This document shows positions 62,223 through 64,000 of a DNA stretch of 64,000 bases, piece after piece. Location: the NCBI GenBank assembly GCA_951804945.1, contig OX638156.1:5518001-5582000 (forward strand), written 5' to 3'. Below the pieces are notes generated by a model. It ran no database searches. It was not told where the DNA came from and saw nothing but the letters and a program-made list of their open reading frames with translations. Each line of letters opens with the position of its first letter. The first letter of the stretch is position 1. Origin of the DNA: Podarcis cretensis (lineage: Eukaryota). Made by a program: the position numbers and the translations under genes.

Positions 62223-63447
62223 TTGTATTTACAAGGTTGTGTTAAAAGGCAAAGGAGCAGGACTAAGGCTGGAGTAGTAGCACTAGTATGATGAAGATGG
62301 GGTAGGAATTAGAAGGAATGGATATATAGCAAGTTACACAACTGAAGACCTCAGGCTATGTGAGAAACTCAAATTTGCAGCATGGCAGCAAAAATATGAA
62401 AACAAAAGTTGTATCTCAGTTGCCAGACTAAATTACTGTGTAATTTGAGAGCTACTGTACCATCTGATTTATAAAAGAGATCCCCCGCCTCACTCCTCCC
62501 CAAAAAGGCTTGCTATTTACATCATGGTGTAAATGTGAAAGCAGAATTGCTTTTATGTTTGGAAATTACTGTCTCTCTCTGTTTCTGATGTAATGAACAA
62601 ACCAATCTTAGTTGATGAAGTATCCCAGTGTAAGTACTTAAAGAGAAATAAAAGTTTCTTAACTGGGTTATACAGCAGTTCATTTGCAGGGGTTATGAAA
62701 GGCTTGCCTAGAATATTTCATTTATGTTAAGTTGGTTCAAGGAGCTGTGCTGTGTTGTGGTAAATATAACTTGTACTCTATGAAGCTGGTGGAAGTGAAG
62801 CTGATTCCCCACTTTTCTCTTTCTGCAAGTGTTCACTTTTTTCTTTCTTTCTTTTTCTTTCTTTTTTGCTGCTGTGCCATTGCTTTTCAGAAAGTAATAA
62901 TAAAAAAACTCACCAGATACTGCATACATCTGTTATTTTATTAAGTCAAGCTAGGGAGCCCATTTAAAGCTCCACAATTTAAGCAATAGGAGCATCTGCT
63001 ATTTCCTTGATGACTAGATTCATGCATTACAAAACTAGCTGATCTCCAAACACAGGGTTTCTTGGCTCCAAGTAGGCAAAAGAAAGTTTTTAAAATATCA
63101 GCACACACAGAGGTAGATGTTGGTGTCAATCTTAAGAGGGGTTCCCTGAAAAGAATTAAACCTTAGCAATGTATTCCCCCACTCTGTCCCCGGGTCAACT
63201 TGTCTTATATTTGTTGATTTGGCACAGCACAACAATGAGTACAAAAGCAACTGCATTTGTCTGGCGATTTCATTAATAGTTTTTATATTAGTTTTTATAT
63301 CAGTGTTTCTACTCAGCACTCCACATGCTTCATGTACATGTCACAGGAAGGAGTATACAGATGAGGATTTCAAATGCTAACCAACAATTCCCTGTACACA
63401 TTGTACACATTTAGCAATGGATGTGCCTGTTCTAATTATCATCTTAT

Positions 63448-63553
63448 AGAGGTTGGATGGCCATCTGTCATGGATGTTTTAGCTGAGATTCCTGCATTGT
63501 AGAAGGCTGGACTAGATGACCCTTGGGGTCCCTTCCAACTCTATGATTATATG
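63448..63553 (+). mobile_element. CR1 3' terminus
   Basis: agaggttggatggccatctgtc...ggactagatgacccttggggtcccttccaactctatgatt.tatga. Confidence 0.85.
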
Positions 63554-64000
63554 AAAAGAGAAAAGGAAATATTCCAAGAAAGGGGAGGAGATAAAAAGAC
63601 AGTCAACAAACAGCGGAACACCACCCAAAAAATATATAGTATAAAGCCCATTTGTGATGACAAATTTTTCATAGTATCTGATTTCCTCGGCCCTTTTATA
63701 AAATTCAGTTGAAAAGTTGCGTATTGTTATTGGTTTCTCTGCTTAACACATTGCACAGTAATAAAGCAAGGAAACTCTAATGGCAACAAACCTGCTTGAT
63801 TTGCCAATAAAAATCAGGATACTGACAACTATAAAACCCATCAATCTGAACTGTTTTAACCATGGACAATTCTTAAGGTATTCAAAAGCATGAACAAGTT
63901 TCATTTGCCCTGAAAACAATGTCTAGTACGGCTCTCCTTTTTAAAAGATTATATATGTGGGCCTCACTCTGGCACCTTTATGATCCTTCAAGACTTTCCT

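Overview
Eukaryotic (vertebrate) genomic DNA, almost certainly a squamate and probably a lacertid lizard, judged from about 10 Sauria SINE copies and lacertid-type L2/MITE families. The window holds the complete coding region of BICRA (GLTSCR1, a ncBAF/GBAF chromatin-remodelling subunit) on the minus strand. I reconstructed 14 coding exons by hand, from ATG at 29249 to TAA at 6822 (5412 nt, about 1803 aa, all splice phases consistent). About 35 kb of 5' intronic/upstream sequence follows at 29255-64000, with no clear CpG-island promoter. Non-coding parts are dense in transposons: Sauria SINEs, six near-identical Tc1/mariner (pogo/Tigger-like) MITEs, Tc2-like and hAT MITEs, and L1, L2, CR1, RTE and Penelope fragments. 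Most ORF-track entries are spurious or repeat-derived. Most notable observations: a minimal hammerhead ribozyme in a Penelope-like element; a candidate unannotated 18/20-nt microexon or poison exon in BICRA; a GC-AG intron coupled to a NAGNAG acceptor and a polyQ tract; inverted MITE pairs flanking BICRA exons; a three-layer nested insertion; and an OC1-like hAT element. No prokaryote-type system is present.
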